Notes under the pieces: generated by a model
Databases searched by the model: none
What the model was told of the DNA's origin: nothing
What the model saw: only the letters and a program-made list of their open reading frames with translations
In this document: positions 22,620-36,860 of the stretch, in pieces
How positions within the stretch are numbered: position 1 is the first letter of the stretch
How the letters are laid out: the number at the start of each line of letters is the position of its first letter
Made by a program: the position numbers and the translations under genes
Assembly (NCBI RefSeq): GCF_022539665.2
Contig: NC_081331.1
Location: 2,046,001-2,110,000 of the forward strand
From: Daphnia carinata
Lineage: Eukaryota
Direction of reading: 5' to 3'
DNA: 64,000 nucleotides

Positions 22620-25600
22620 CTACACTGAAAAAGCTTTCTTCAGCTCGGTAATAGTGACGCTGACATAAGCAACTCGATCGGAATTAGAACTTTTTTCGAT
22701 TTCTCCTATAGTTGACCACAAATCTTCGAAGGAAACGATGGCGCTGGTCAAGGTACTCGGTGATATCCGACCTTTATTTTGACCCAGGCCTTCCAGCAGT
22801 CTTGCAATCACAACACAATCGACTAAGGTCTGTGGAATTAGTAAAAATAAAAGGCTGAAAAACAATTCATGCGTAAGAAATCGTAAAGCATGAGTATCGA
22901 ACCGTTTCATTTTCGTTGTCCTGGAATACTTCAAAAAATTCATCCAGCATCATTTTCGCCAATGCATTTTGAGTACAGAATGCTGCAATTATAGCTTTTG
23001 ACAACGGATTCTGACAAATTACATCATCCGCGTCCTTTTCGCCATCTCCTTGTCCAGGCTTGGGCGAGAGAAAAATCGAATAACTAATGAAGAATATTAT
23101 TTTTACATGAAAATACCGACTGATGCTGCATCATATCCAATCTAATGGTATCTGCCATCTTGCGCACGATTTCACGTATACTTTCGTGTTTTTCCGGGCG
23201 ATGCCGATGACATTCTTCCAAGATCTTCTTTACAATATCTCTTACAAGGGACCAGTCGTCCTATACAAATATATAAAATCCATCACATAAATTTCGTCGT
23301 AAAATTCATATTTACATTTACCAACCTCATCTAGGCCGAAGCTCGTGTTACTACCAGGCGATTTCATTAAGCTAGGGCACTCCAAAACCCAGTTGATGAT
23401 CAGATTAATCTGGCTTTCGCATTCAACATCACATTCGTTTCCTATAGTACGCTCGCTCCAAACAAAAACCAAGGCATGGTATGAACAGTTCATTGAGAGA
23501 GTCAGGTTCTTCAATGACGGATAGTTCGTAACTACTTGAAGAACAACATCCAAAAACTGACGAAAGACGTCCCAAGTCATGGAGTGAGTCATGACCAAGT
23601 TACTGATGGAGGAAACTGCCGAGGACAGCAGATCCCCTAGAATTGGGTTTTGGTCTGAATTTTCCATTAACCTATTTAGAACAGAAAGATCCTCTTTGTA
23701 ATTAATTAATAAAAATACAAAAAGGGGAAAAAATAATAATAATAACAACAAAATAATAATCATAATAAATTGGTTAGTAAGACCTCTTCATCCAGCTGAG
23801 TATTTCAATAATTTTTCCTTGTGATTCCACATACTTCAAATCAGACTTTTCTCTTTTATACGAACAAGCTAATACCAGGACCATTTTCACGTATAAAGAA
23901 GCTGCACCAAATAAGAAACTTTCCCGGTTGGTTAGCTTGTTGGAATCGTTTTCCACAATTAATAACACAGCATTTAGTGTCTCGCACAGCTTTTCTATCT
24001 GTAAGTTGCAACACAAAGTTAATAGAAATTTAACGAAATGAAGTAGAACATGAAAGGAGGACATAAATTATACAAAAACAGAAGTTCACCTGTTCTAAAT
24101 TTTTGCGCAAAATTATCTTCTTGTTGTAGGGGTGCTGTAAAATGTACCCCATGCAACGTAATCCCAACAAAGGCTTACTGTCCTTGAGTGTTTCGAAGGA
24201 GACTCGCTTTTTCCTAGTAGCTGTAGCACGATGGACAGTAAAGAAAGGATAAGGTACCGTAATTGTTATGCATTGTAACCATAAGGTACCTTTGCGTCTA
24301 CGAGTAACGGAAACGGGAGACTTTTCGGTTGTCAAATTCATTAGATTTCCTTGGAGGTGATCAGTTATTAGATCTAATAAATCTTCTCCGCGGCCCCAAG
24401 TGCACATGACGTCTACCAAATAGCTAAACTCCTTACTTGTCGCTTCATCCGTTAGCGATTTCAGTTGAGATTTGACAAAACTAAACAGCAACGTGGACGA
24501 TGACGAAGACATCAAGCCATACAGGCAAATAAGCGGTCGAAGACCTTCCGAGTTCTAAGCATGTGCGAAGTCTTGTGTCAATAAACTTTTACGAAGTGAA
24601 ATGTTTTTTAACAGACGTAACATAAAAAAAATCGGACCTTGAAATAGCGGAAGAAAAGCGAACACGTTTTTGTAAAACGTGACTTGATATTCTCCCAATA
24701 CACACCGTTTTGTGGTGCCTTGAATTTCGTCTTGTTTACGCTGAGAAGGATACACACTACATCGATCAATCCAATGATGCTGCATTCACTAAATTCTTCA
24801 TTGCCAGCTTCCTCACTGTCGGTGGATCCATCTAAGGCAAAGGAACAAGAAATTAGCATTCGAAATAGGAGTCAATATACGAAATGGCAGTGAATATAAC
24901 CTTGATTTTCTTTGTCCTCGTTTTCATTCTTATTTGGAATGCTTTCCGCACCTTCGCCTTGTCGAGACCTCTTGGCTCCACAAGGGCGCCGTTGATTAGC
25001 TGTTTCCTCTCTTTGCTGGCTACTTTTATTGCGCTGCAACTGTTTGTGGGTATGATTACGCAAAAACTTCCATATGATTAGGATCAATTGCGCAATTTGC
25101 TCAATCCCCACACATATATCTATGTATTGGTAAAATTTTCTAGAAGCTAACCGGTTATCCTGTAAATCGAACAAACGAGCTATTTTGCGTATTAAATTCT
25201 AGATTATAAAAGACTTACAATGATAAGACGTAGACAGCGCTGGAAAACTATTTCTGGCGTACTTTTGGGACAATAGAACGGGGCCAAAAGAGTTGTGAGA
25301 CGACGACATACGTTTTTTGAGGTTTCCATTGCAAGCCGACCAACTAATTGATTTACATCGATTACCTAAAAAAAAACAGTGTAGTCAGGAAAGTTCAAAG
25401 TACACCGGACATCTACGATACTAACCTCCCATAGTTTGCTAACTCTTAATTTTTGGACGTGCGTTAGCAAAAAGACATATTCAGACCGTACCTACAAAAA
25501 TTGGTTAGCGAAACGTTCATTTTGGTATACGTCGGAAAAATTGATATACTTTTTCATTGGGATCATGGAGTACTTTGTTGGTAACGGGAAGCATTTTCTC

Positions 25601-27350
25601 AAGAAGACTGTGGGTTTGTTTGCTCTCTAACATCATTACCAAACCCTTCACTACATGAGCACGGACGTCAGCGGAGGATGAGTCATATAGCAACTTTCTC
25701 ATCAGACATGTAATGAAGTCTTGAATGATATTAATTGGCACTATTTCCCAGTATTGAGATAGAATCCGACATGTGCCCTAGTTATACAATTCGGTTATTG
25801 CCGTGAAAAGTCTATTGTACATGATGAAATACCTGTATTGCGATTGTTCGTACAAGGGGTACGGGGTCCATCAAGGCACCAAGCATTATCGCCCACTGCT
25901 TCGTACGTACAGCTTCATCTTCCTCAAACCCTTCTCCACTTTCGAATGGGAAGGCGTCAAAAAATAAACACAACGCATTCCCACGCACCTATACATTGAA
26001 CGCCAAAATGAACAAAGAAAATCTCTTAAGGCATCTGCACAACCTAAAATTGACATCTAAATTACCAAGCCGTTGGACGCCTCCAGATAACGCCACAGAA
26101 TAGGTTTATAAAGGCTATGAATAAGGACTGCAACAGTGCGCTGTTTTCGCTGACGATGGATGGAATGTAGAAGATGGAAAAGCAGTTTGTTCATAGGCAC
26201 CTGTTAACAAGTATGAAAACAAGTGAGGCAATGTAGATTGGAACTGATTATGACTATTACCTTATTAACTCCACCTTCAATGACTCCTAAAGGTTTGCGA
26301 CAAGCTACGACTGCATGGTACATAAGATCTTGAATAGCAAATTCTATGTCTGCACGGCGTTCTTCAGATGCCATTCTCCACGCCTTAAAATAAATCTCTC
26401 CCAATGACTCGCAATCGTTCACTGTTGCAAGCGGGATAAACTTTTTCACTGTTTTTTGCAGCATCTGCATATTACACTTGGTTAGACAATATTAATTGTT
26501 TAACTTGTACACATTACCTGTACAATAACTGTACTAAAGTTAAACAAGCAAGCAATACATTTTCGTCCTTCATTGGAACCGATAAATTTGGAATTGGAAA
26601 CGGCAGAAAGAAACAATGTCAACAACCCAGAACTTTCAAGGATCAAAGCATTTAGCTTCTCAATAGATTGTTTCATGTCCCATAATTGTTTCACTGAAAC
26701 TAGCTGAAATGGGCATTTTGTAATTATTTTGATTTATCAAATATAAATTTTTTAAAATATATAACATACTGTAGCTTTTGGATGAATAGCTTGAGTAAGA
26801 AACCATTGGATGGTATTGATGGACAGAAAAGTTTCAAGTTCAGGATGAACTTTCCAGTAGTGTTCACTCATTTTACAAATACTTGTTGCTGCTGTTTTAC
26901 AGGTTACAAACTTCAAAGATCCATTCATAGCTTTTACAGATGGCTGTAATCCTTGAGGCTCATTATTAGACATGTTGTGGATGGTGTAAGTAGCCATGGT
27001 TGACATGACGAGTAACGTAGTCATGATTGAATCATTTTCGGGGGAATTTGGATTTTCTTTCAATAAATTGGTCTTTTGTGTAACCCATTTGGTGAAAACC
27101 GTCCATATTCCACTCAGGTCTTTTTTGGATAGGCGATCAACTGACTCTCTAACGGCCGAGATATTCTGCATATTAATAAATATCAAATTAGAAACCAAGC
27201 CAGTATTTTACGGCATGAGTTGTTTCACTGGTATCAGAAAACCAAGTGTACACAACATACGTTTACCTCAGATTCCACTCTCTCGTACCACCTGATAAAA
27301 ACTGCACAATCGGACGTCTCTACTGCACGTAGAAGAGCTTGGTGGTCCAT
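22620..27350 (-). CDS. NCAPG2: Condensin II complex subunit G2, multi-exon HEAT-repeat protein
   Basis: Motifs GEIYFKAWR, IQDLMYHAV, LYKPILWRYL, VRGNALCLFFDAFPF, DSSSADVRAHVVKGL and LHDPNEKV. ATG at 27350 (MDHQALLRAV). Confidence 0.85.
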
Positions 27351-27488
27351 CTTTTTCACTTGAAAAATGTTTCAGTATCAATGAAATTGTTGCTGCTTTC
27401 CCGCTCATACTCAAAAAATTCGCTTTTTCATCACAAAGCTATTGACGTATGTTTTGTGGCTGTCCCACTACAGTAAGCAAGGAGAACG

Positions 27489-28208
27489 ATGTCTGCTACG
27501 AAACGTGTACAGGTAAAATTTTTTAATCCACTGCAAAATGAACTATTGCAATTAATAGCTAATTTTTTCAGCAATGGTCGACTTTTAGTCGAATGTGGTA
27601 TCTGTATGATGCTCAGTGGCAAGATCCTTTTCTTTCTGCCAAAGTCCTGAGCCCATATTTAACTGGCCAAAACAAGCCCATTTACCATCCTTTAAGTATA
27701 CTGTCTCAGATGTCACATATCCTCATGAAAATTCGATCAGTTTTATAAATATACAATTTGTAGATGATTGTGGGGATCATGTCGTAGTAATCAACAGCCG
27801 AGAGATTGCACTGCGTGGAGATGAATGGAAGAAACGGGTTTATTTTCATCATACAGGATATCCCAGAGGAGCGTCATGGACCCTGGCCTGGGAACTACAC
27901 CAAAAAGATCCAAAGATGGTAACTAACTTTTCTCATGAACCTTTAATGAACAGAATCATTTTGTGTTTCTGTAGATTATGAGGAAAGCTGTGTACAAAGC
28001 TATTGCTAGTAATCTTGTTCGCAGAACCTGCATTGAAAGATTACACATTTACCCAGGATCGGAGATTCCAGAAGAGATAAAGAGCAATCTCAGTGGACAA
28101 ATTAGACCAATTATGCCAGTACCTAAGAGGCTTCAAGAATACAGCAAGGAAGAAATAGACAACTATCCAAAAGTATTTGAATTTCCAAATGACTATGTAC
28201 TACGATGA
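27489..28208 (+). CDS. mRpL13: Mitochondrial ribosomal protein L13 (uL13m), 4 exons
   Basis: MSATKRVQ|QWSTFSRMWYLYDA, KPIYHP, DCGDHVVVINSREIAL, YFHHTGYP. Confidence 0.95.
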
Positions 28209-29548
28209 TTGGAGAATCATATCTGTTGTAGAATGATAGTATTAATAAAAAGAAACTTCTGGTTAAAAAAGGGTGGTTGGCTCTAAATAATAAATAATTT
28301 CATAGTTTACCTTAGAAAAACTGGTATCATCACCTACTTGCCACAAACTCAACACTTTTCTTGGTGAACTACAGGACAGCTGTTTTCAGTATATCAGTAC
28401 TACGAGTCTGACATACTCAGCGGCGAAGAAGGAATGGTGGGCGTCTTTGGGGTTAATAGATTTATGGGATGTATAATAATTTCCACCAATGTCGCCAGTC
28501 CTTAAAGCCTTTTAAGGACTTTTACCTGGGTGGTGAAATCGATCGACCTTTGTCTTGCACAGTTCACCTTGAACAAAAACGAATAGGTGGGCAACATCCA
28601 TATCCGAGAACCACTTGCTCATTTTTAAACACTTTGGATTTATCAACTAAGAAGTATCCGTGAATTCGATTATGTAGTTTTTCTCATTTATTCTCTTCTC
28701 GAGCCATGACGCATGACAGATTAATCGATATGGAAGATCAGGGGGGAAGTAGTTCATTGTTTAAATTACAAATTTGTTGTATTTTGTCAGCATTCATATC
28801 TTTTTTTCCAATTAATGACAAGATCGAACCGAACAAAAATGATACCTGGTTGACTCGAGTTTCGACGATGAGGACAACCCAAAAATGCAAAAAAATTAAA
28901 CAGGACTGCAAGAGGGGGACATTTTTGAATTCAAGATAGTCTCTTCTTTGCGTGACATAAAGAACTCCACAGTAGGGGAAAAACAGATGGCCAAGACTTC
29001 CCTCTAAAAAAAAATTCAAAGAAAAGAGAGAAGGGCTGCCACCAAGATAAAGAAATGGCACAAAAAGTGAAGTTGTATGAGGTTGGGGATGAACTAAAAA
29101 AAAGAAGGGGGAAAAAATGAAGACGGAATGCCAGTCTACATACGAAAAACGCTCCAAATGAAAACCAAAGAAAAAAAAAAAGATTTAAGCCCAAGTATTT
29201 TTCCATTTACTCACATAATGCGAAAGAAGGGTGGGGGGGGGGAGAAAAAATATGATGAAGGAGGGGAGGTAGAAGACGTTCAAAATTTAAAAAAAAAAAA
29301 AAAAAAGGAAAACAAGAATATTACTCCCGCAAGGTATAAAAAGACGGGACACGAGAATGACACAAAAACTATACACAGAAAATAGAAAAACAGGACACAG
29401 TTACGAGCGGACACACGACCGGCTTGATTTCTCAAAGGAAGAGCAAGATAGAGACAGCGCAGGAAAAGAAGGAATAGAAGCTAAATTAAAGAATAGAATG
29501 TGTGTGTTTGTGTGTGTGTGTGTGATCTAGAGTTTTTTTTATGTTTTC

Positions 29549-32500
29549 CTAGAAGAGTCCCTTCTTCTTTTTCACCTTCTCCTTGTCCTTGCCGTCTACT
29601 TGCCTGCAAAGATAGGGGGCATTTGGTTAGTCAATGACTACAAAAAATATTAACAAAAATGTTTATGGCAACAAAACTGCTCTAAATGAATTTTTAATTA
29701 AGTGATTTCTGTAATGTTCTTGTTCTTTTGTGTGCTCAACGACCGATAGCCAAAAAAGATTGCCTATTCGTAAAATAATTTTTGATCTTTCTCATTTGTT
29801 CACCTTTGCAGAGCAAGTACAGACGTGAGAATTTGTACAAAACCCAATGAACTCCGAAAGAAGAAAAAAATTTTTAATAAAAATATGGTTAAGTAGAAAT
29901 GGCCTAACCACATGCGTTACCGTTGAAAGATTTCTAGTGTGTGAAATGAGAAACAACAAAAATGAGAACAAGGGAAAGAGAAAGTGACCCCATAATAAAA
30001 ATAATAAGAAAATTTTTTTTTCTTTAAATATTATGTGAAACGAAATGCATCATCAGTTGTTTCTTTTTGTTTTGCTTTTTTTTTGGCAGTCAGATAAGTA
30101 GTGAGCGAATTTCTCATTGCTGTTTGCATTCTTGGTTAGCGGCTGGCGGTTGTTGGGAGTAGGTTTCGGGCTTGCTGGCCGTGCGCAAAGAGAGCGACCG
30201 CTTGAAACGGATCGCCGCCCCGCTGACCGAGCGCTTGGGCTGATCAGCGCCGGACAATCCCCTAATTGTAATATTAATATGCATTCACCGTTTTCTTTTT
30301 TTTTTCTTTTCTTTGCGTTTTTTTTTCAGGGTTTTATGTAGTTATTTGATGCTTAGTATTGGCTTTAGCGAGCGAGTGAAAGTGAGTGAGTTAGTGCAGC
30401 CAGTTAAGGAAAACCATAAAAGAGTCTTTCAAAAACAAATAAATGTACATATCTACGTACTGCATAAACAGCCCAGTAAAGATTGATCAACAACTCGAGG
30501 CTAAATAACGTCATAAAAAGTTATGGGATCCCCGTCCCCGTTAAAAAAGAAAAGAAAAAAAAAGGAATCCGCCCCGAAAGGCAAATTGCTTGGTAAATAA
30601 AATAAAAATAAAACAAAAAATTCCTATGCGCCCAAATCCGACCCTTTTTTTTTTTGAATAACCAGAGAAATAGAAACAGAGAAAGAGAACTCATACCCAA
30701 AAAGAAAAAAAAAGAGAATGCGAAACTTACTCTCTGGAGTTGGCTTCGAGACTGCGTCGACGCATTTCTTCCAGCGTCAGGCCGGAAGCATTCTCCCATG
30801 CAGCCCTTTCGTTCTCAAAAGCTTTGCGCTTCTCCTCCAATTCCAGTTTCTGGGCCTCAAGCGAACGGAGGGTCTGCTCGTGTCGGCGTTGCAACTACGA
30901 TGGAAAAGGAAAAGATAAAACAAAAAGTGTAAGGATGAAATAAGAAAATATCTAATTGAATTTGTGGTAATTACGTCAGTTTCAGAGTCTTTGAGCTTCT
31001 GCGTCTTCTCTTTGACTTTCATTTCAAAGACTTGCTCCATCTCTTGCTCCATTTTCTTCATCTTGGCTTCGTGATCTCTTCGCTCCTCCTCCATTTGCGC
31101 CAACGGGTTCCTAATGAAGAGGCAGAAGATAAATGAGCCTCTGATTAGTGCCATCGACATAATGGTTATTATTTTTCTGTAGAAAGGAGCCTCCGGTTGA
31201 TGAACGACTTACCAAACCATCATAAACGGGCTCATTATCCAAGGAGAGCATGCACTGGAGAAAATTGCCAGATTATACTTAACTCAGAGAAAAGAAACGT
31301 GTTTATACGGTGCCAACTACAATTCAAGAAGCCATGCTCTCCTTTTTCATTTTCCAATAGGGGAAGAAAAAAGCAGGAAATACAACACGAAAAGACTAAC
31401 TTGTTAGAGATCCGATTAGATTTGCCTAACGTTCCATCATTGGCGGCAACTCCGACACCCGCCAGTTTGCGACAGCGGAAGTTTTCGTAGTGCACATTGT
31501 TTGTCACTTCTTTCAAATCTGTCATATGGGTCCGGATCAACATGTTTCGCAAAGCGATGAAATCACAATGTTCCATGTTTTCAACTAAAAAATGCCAATT
31601 TGAAGATCAAAACGAATTCTTTTTTTAATTCAAACAATGCAATCATACCTTCAACGACGCCCCAGGGATAGCGTCGTCCGCGAATCTTCCGGCCGTCGAC
31701 TTCGATAACAGTGTTGGACCCGACGACGGCAAAGGGCACTCGATCTCGGAGAGCGCGTTGGGATTTGCGCAATTCCTCGTCGTCGACATCGGGGAATTCG
31801 TAAATCTTAATCTTGTGCTGAGCAATTTCATTGAGAACCTGTTTTTTCTTTTAAATTTCAATATTCAAACAAAGGAAACACAAAACAAAAGAAAAACAAA
31901 GAAAAAGATTTTAAGTTAAACATGTCATCCGTTAAATCAAAGAAAGCCCAACCAACTTGTCAATAGAGAAATATGGCCGAACCTGTTTTTTAAAATAGGT
32001 GCACTCATCAGGCGTCATGGTGTCGGCCTTGGCCAAGACGGGGATGATGTTGACTTTATCGTGGAGTCGTTTCATAAATTCGATGTCGAGCGGCTTGAGA
32101 CCGTGACCCGACGGCTGGATAAAATAGAGGCAGACGTGAACGCGGTTATCGCGCATTGGCTGGCGCTGCACCCGCGATTCGGCGTTCAGGTACTCTTCAT
32201 ACTTGGATTCGATATAGTCCACGATCGGCTGCCAACTACATTGTTTGGAAAATAATCAAAATGAAAAATGCATGCTTTCATAAACCTGAAATTTATCTTT
32301 TTGAAAAAAGAAAAAAAAAAAACACGCACCAATTGCTGTTGTCTACCGCGTCACCGAATCCGGGTGTGTCAACTACGGTCAGTGTCAAATTAACTCCGTT
32401 TTCTTTCAAAAGAGTTTGGCACTGTTCCACCTAGCAAACAAACACAAAGAAAGTTTAGTAGATAACAAAAAAGAAACACAAGACAAAAAAGGAACATACT

Positions 32501-33434
32501 TGGACCGTCTTTTTGATGCGATGAGACGGTCCGGGATACTCGGGTGAATAAATGTCGGCCAGGAACATGGAGTTGATGAGCGTTGACTTGCCCAGCCCTG
32601 ACTCGCCGACGACCATTAACGTGAACTCGAATCCTTTTTTGACGGCCCGTCTGTACACCTGGTTTGGAAGACTAGAAACAAAATAGGAAAATGATCACGC
32701 ACATCCAATCAATTCAAAACAAAAAGATTTTTGAATTTAAATGAAATCCAATCTCGTAGCCCTTTTTTTTTTTGGCAGTTCGTATGACAAGTGAATGTCC
32801 ATCACAACATACTTGGCAAATCCGACATAATCCACTTCACGTGTCTTGTTGATGACCGGTGGACTGGGTGCCGGACCCTTTTCTGCTAGCCGATCACGTA
32901 ATACAACGCGGCTGCTACTGCCACTGTCATCCGTCAATTCCCGCTTCAACGCCTCCACCTGTCGAATTGAAATGTTTTCATTGTAGGCAAAATTTTCTTT
33001 CCCTTCATCCATCAAAAAAGAAAAAAAAAACAATACCTTGCTTCCGGTACTGTTATTGGCTAAGCCGGGCACACTGCCATGACTGCTGTTATTACTAATG
33101 CTCCCAGTCAAGGTTGTTGAAGACGACGAAGTCTGCGGTCCACCCGCCATCGTTGTTGTCGTGTGATTTTCCTTGTTGGCTAATAAACTCTCCTTGAGCG
33201 AAGCGATGTTGCCTACTGGCTGTTGAGCACCAGTTGCTGAAGAGGCGGGCGTGGCACCGGTGCTATTCGTAGTGGAGGCCGAATTACTGCCGGCCAGGCC
33301 AGCTCCCGCTGGCAGTGTCTCGCTCTTGAAGAACATTTCACGTTTGCTCTGCAACTGTCGAACGGAAATCAAATGAAAAAAAAAAAAAAAAAATCTTGAG
33401 ACAAACACATTCAGACAGCTGTACACATCACACA

Positions 33435-33476
<42 letters not shown>

Positions 33477-35799
33477 TGTTCTTGTAAACGTAAAGGACCA
33501 ACTTCCTATCTTGATTTGAAACAAAGAGGGAGAAGAGAAACTAGAAATGAAGCAATCCTGACAGGAAAAAGCAAATATCTGGGTGGTCAAAATCAGGGAC
33601 AATTGCTTGGAAAATAAAATGGGACTGTGTCGGTTCCGTAACTTCGGCCCGCCAGTATATGCACAGAAAAACAGGGCCGTGTCCGTTTCTCTAATCCGAG
33701 GATTCGTTCGACGTGCTGCCAAAACCATGTCCCTGCCGCAGGCTTTTTCTTTTTATTATTATGGGAACTGCGTGTGAGTGGGGGAGGCGTTTCTCAACCA
33801 AAATAATGATGAAATAAGACGGAAGATAACAGGCAAACCAAAAATGCAACAAACGGGTTAACCCGTTGAAAAAGAAAAAAGGTTAAAAGGCGACAATGCA
33901 TTCTATTTTAATCTCCCCTCTTTTTTTTCCGGTTGTCTTGGGGAGAAAAAAGAGATTTGACTAACGCTCGTAGAGACGCCGATCGATAAACAGACACATC
34001 GGTGTCGAGTTCGAAATGCAGTAGCACTCCATCTAGTGTGCTCCAGAGTGTCCTTCCTATTTATTTTTTTTTTCTTCCTGTGCCCATATTGACTAAAGGC
34101 TGCAGCGTTTCTCTTTTTGTTTTGTTGTTCCTTTAATGGCAACAACAACAACAACAACAACTGCGAGTTGATGTGCTAAACAGACAAGGCAAACCCCACT
34201 TACGTATTGAAATGTAGACACGCAAACAGTCGCTGTTTTTCGGATTCTTAATTCTAAACAATACTTTTTGGGTTCGTCTTTGGAAGACTTACAACAAAAA
34301 AGTGCAAAAAGGGTGGCGCCGTGTTCGAGACACGGAAAATAGAATTCCTACATTTTTCTTTAATGTAATAAATAGAAAAAAACAAAATGATTTTTAAAAA
34401 TGAAAATGCAAAGACATGGAGGAAAGAGAGTCATTTTCATAGGATGCTGAACAACAACAATGGCGTAGCGACCCTTCGTTTTTCTACATCTTGCCTCCCC
34501 CCTCCCCGACAACTCGAAACGCTCAACTCGGAGACGGATGATATCCGCTCTCCTCCATTTCCGGACGCAGTTAACATTTTTTTTCCTTCCTTCTTTTTTT
34601 CCCCCTTGTTGCAGCTAACTTTAGAAAGGTGCATATATATATTTTTTTAAACACACACACATGGAGGTCATCTGCGTATCTTTGAGTTAGAGGGGCGTGT
34701 CAAAAAAATTTTTCAACTACAAGACAAAGATGATGAAGAATTTGGTAGTTGGACAGTCCTTCTTAATCAGCGGATGGCAATGACTCATCATCAAAAACTC
34801 CTTTAGGGCCGTGTTGGGTGTTGTTTTTCCTGGTGTGGGTAACCCAACACACCATATCCGGAGATCATCAAGTTCTGGTGTGTAAGTTGGACCCTTAATA
34901 CGAAAGGGACCCTATCTTGCCTACTAGCGTAAATAAATCAATAGCCCACCGCTATATTATGCAGCACAGGATGGCGCATCCGCAATGCCGGATCGTCATA
35001 CACTCACACAGCAATGACAGACAAGGGGAGGAGAGAAAGGAAGGACACCCCAAACTGTTGGGGATCCCATTCCGACAAGGGTCAAAATGGCGCGTCGCCT
35101 TCTCAAGTTACCCGGCCACCAAAAACCAAGAGAGCAAAAGCGAAACATAAGACACACTGATACAAAACAGGACACAGTTTGTTGGTTTGGAGAAAGACTT
35201 ACGGCGTGTGTTTCTCCGATTGCCACATTAGTGGCGGATGAGAAAGTTGTAGAAGAAGAAGAAGAGGAGGAAGAAGAAGAAGGAGGAGGAGGAGGAGGAT
35301 GAGCTGTGGGCAATCCGTTGGGCTGGACCGACGTAGCGGTCGTGGCTTCGAACAGACGCTGACGCTGGGCCAGCCGGTCCAGGCTAGACAATCGATAGCT
35401 GGGGATGCGCGAATTCGAATCGACACTGTACGATGTGGTCAGCTTGTGCGGAAGGCCATTATCGCTACTATTGGAACTAGTGCCATTGGTTGTCGTCGTT
35501 GTTGTGGTTGCCGCCGCAGCAAATGTGGAATTGCTTGACGATAGAGCTGCTGATGACGATGATGATGTCACAGAACTAATTGAAGATCCAGCCGAGGCCA
35601 TGGCCGCCAGACGACTGGCTACGACGCCGCGGACGCCGGCTGCAGCTGCAGCAGCTGCCGCATTTGACTGAAGCGAACCGCCAGGACCGCGGTTCGGTTC
35701 CGGCGGGTTCGGCAACGGCCGGCGTAGTCTTTCTCGTCTCGAAGCCACTAAGGCAGCTGTGCCTTCACTGCTAATCATCGCTGCTTGCTCACTAGTCAT
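29549..35799 (-). CDS. pnut: Septin-7/Peanut with long low-complexity N-terminus; distal last exon 29549-29603 ends KKKKGLF*
   Basis: [53 protein letters not shown], septin-unique [12 protein letters not shown], and coiled coil [29 protein letters not shown]. Confidence 0.95.
30114..30261 (-). CDS. Putative alternative terminal exon of septin-7 ending in CKQQ*
   Basis: Acceptor tacaattag|G matches the phase-2 donor at about 30731. Open for 48 codons: [50 protein letters not shown]-rich island inside an AT-rich intron. Confidence 0.7.
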
Positions 35800-36779
35800 T
35801 TTTCTCGTCGAAATGGTAACGATTCAGTTCGATAGATGGAGTCACTTTTCAAGACAATCCCCACCCAATGTTTTAAATATTCAGAAAAGAAAACTTAACG
35901 AAGAAAAACATCAATCCGCACGACACACATGCACGCAGAGAATAAACAAGTCGCTTGGACCAGCGCGGGCGGTCGGTTTGTGTGTGTGTGTGCCTGTGTG
36001 TGTGTATACGTCTCTCTGCGTGTGTTTATCCACTTATCAACGACGCGCGACCAACAGAGTTGACGGGGAGGTGCGTGACGGAAGCAACAGGCGACGGAAA
36101 TTCACGCGGCGCGACAACGACGTGCATTCCCAACAGCTTTTTGGTTTTGTTTGCTTTTCCTTTTTAAATGTCGGGAACAGTTGGGTATTTTTGTTTGAAC
36201 CGAATATTATCTTCACTTTAATGAACTGGCGTTCGCTTTAACGCGTAAAAACTAAGCCGGATCACGTTCTTTTTCAATTTCTATCCTGATGTCAAGAAAA
36301 AAAAAGAAACGAAAAAAAAAAGAGAGTCAGTATGACTGGTCTGAACTAGACAAACACTCGAACGTCAATGAAATTATTTTCCCCACTTTCATGTAAAAAA
36401 AAAGGGGTTTTTTTTTCTTATACAAACTAACGAACTTTTCTTCCGTTACGTTTTTTTGTATGTGTGTGTGTGTCAGCAATTCCGTTAACTTAATTTTCCC
36501 TTGGGAAATTATCTGGTCAAAGTAAAGAAAAACACCCCACAACAAGAAATAACACAACTAATGGAAAAAAATATAAATAAAGAAAAATAAATAAAATGTC
36601 GTGTGCCGGTCTGAAACGACGGAGGCCCCTGGCGTCCGTTAACGACCCTCTGCGTTTGCGTTTCTCGCCGTCGCGACCGAAGCGACACGACCGGACGCGC
36701 GCGGATGGAAGTAGGTGAAGGGGGAGGGGGGAGGAGGGGGCCGACTTACTCGCGACTCAATGTCGCCCCCCGTCTTTCT

Positions 36780-36860
36780 TTCTCTCTCTCTCGCTCTCTC
36801 TTGCTCTCTCACTGACGCGCGCGCTCCATCAGTTGCGATCCGTCGCTCAAGATGGCGGCC
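36780..36860. promoter_or_regulatory. Probable bidirectional core promoter for pnut and the MADF gene: GAGA tract, back-to-back Inr elements, YY1/Pho-like site
   Basis: (CT)n at 36780-36810, ACTGA at 36811 (TCAGT on minus), TCAGTT at 36829, and CAAGATGGCGGCC at 36848-36860 over the ATG. Confidence 0.5.

Noticed and set aside
29921..29933. 13-nt micro-exon candidate in the last septin intron (ag|aaatctttcaacg|gt on minus)
   Set aside because: Its length breaks frame with the distal exon and there is no other support.
33426..33480. Long poly-A run and other A/T, CA and GA microsatellites in septin introns
   Set aside because: Ordinary low-complexity intron sequence; no TSD or retro-element body. 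ORFs translated from these tracts are spurious.
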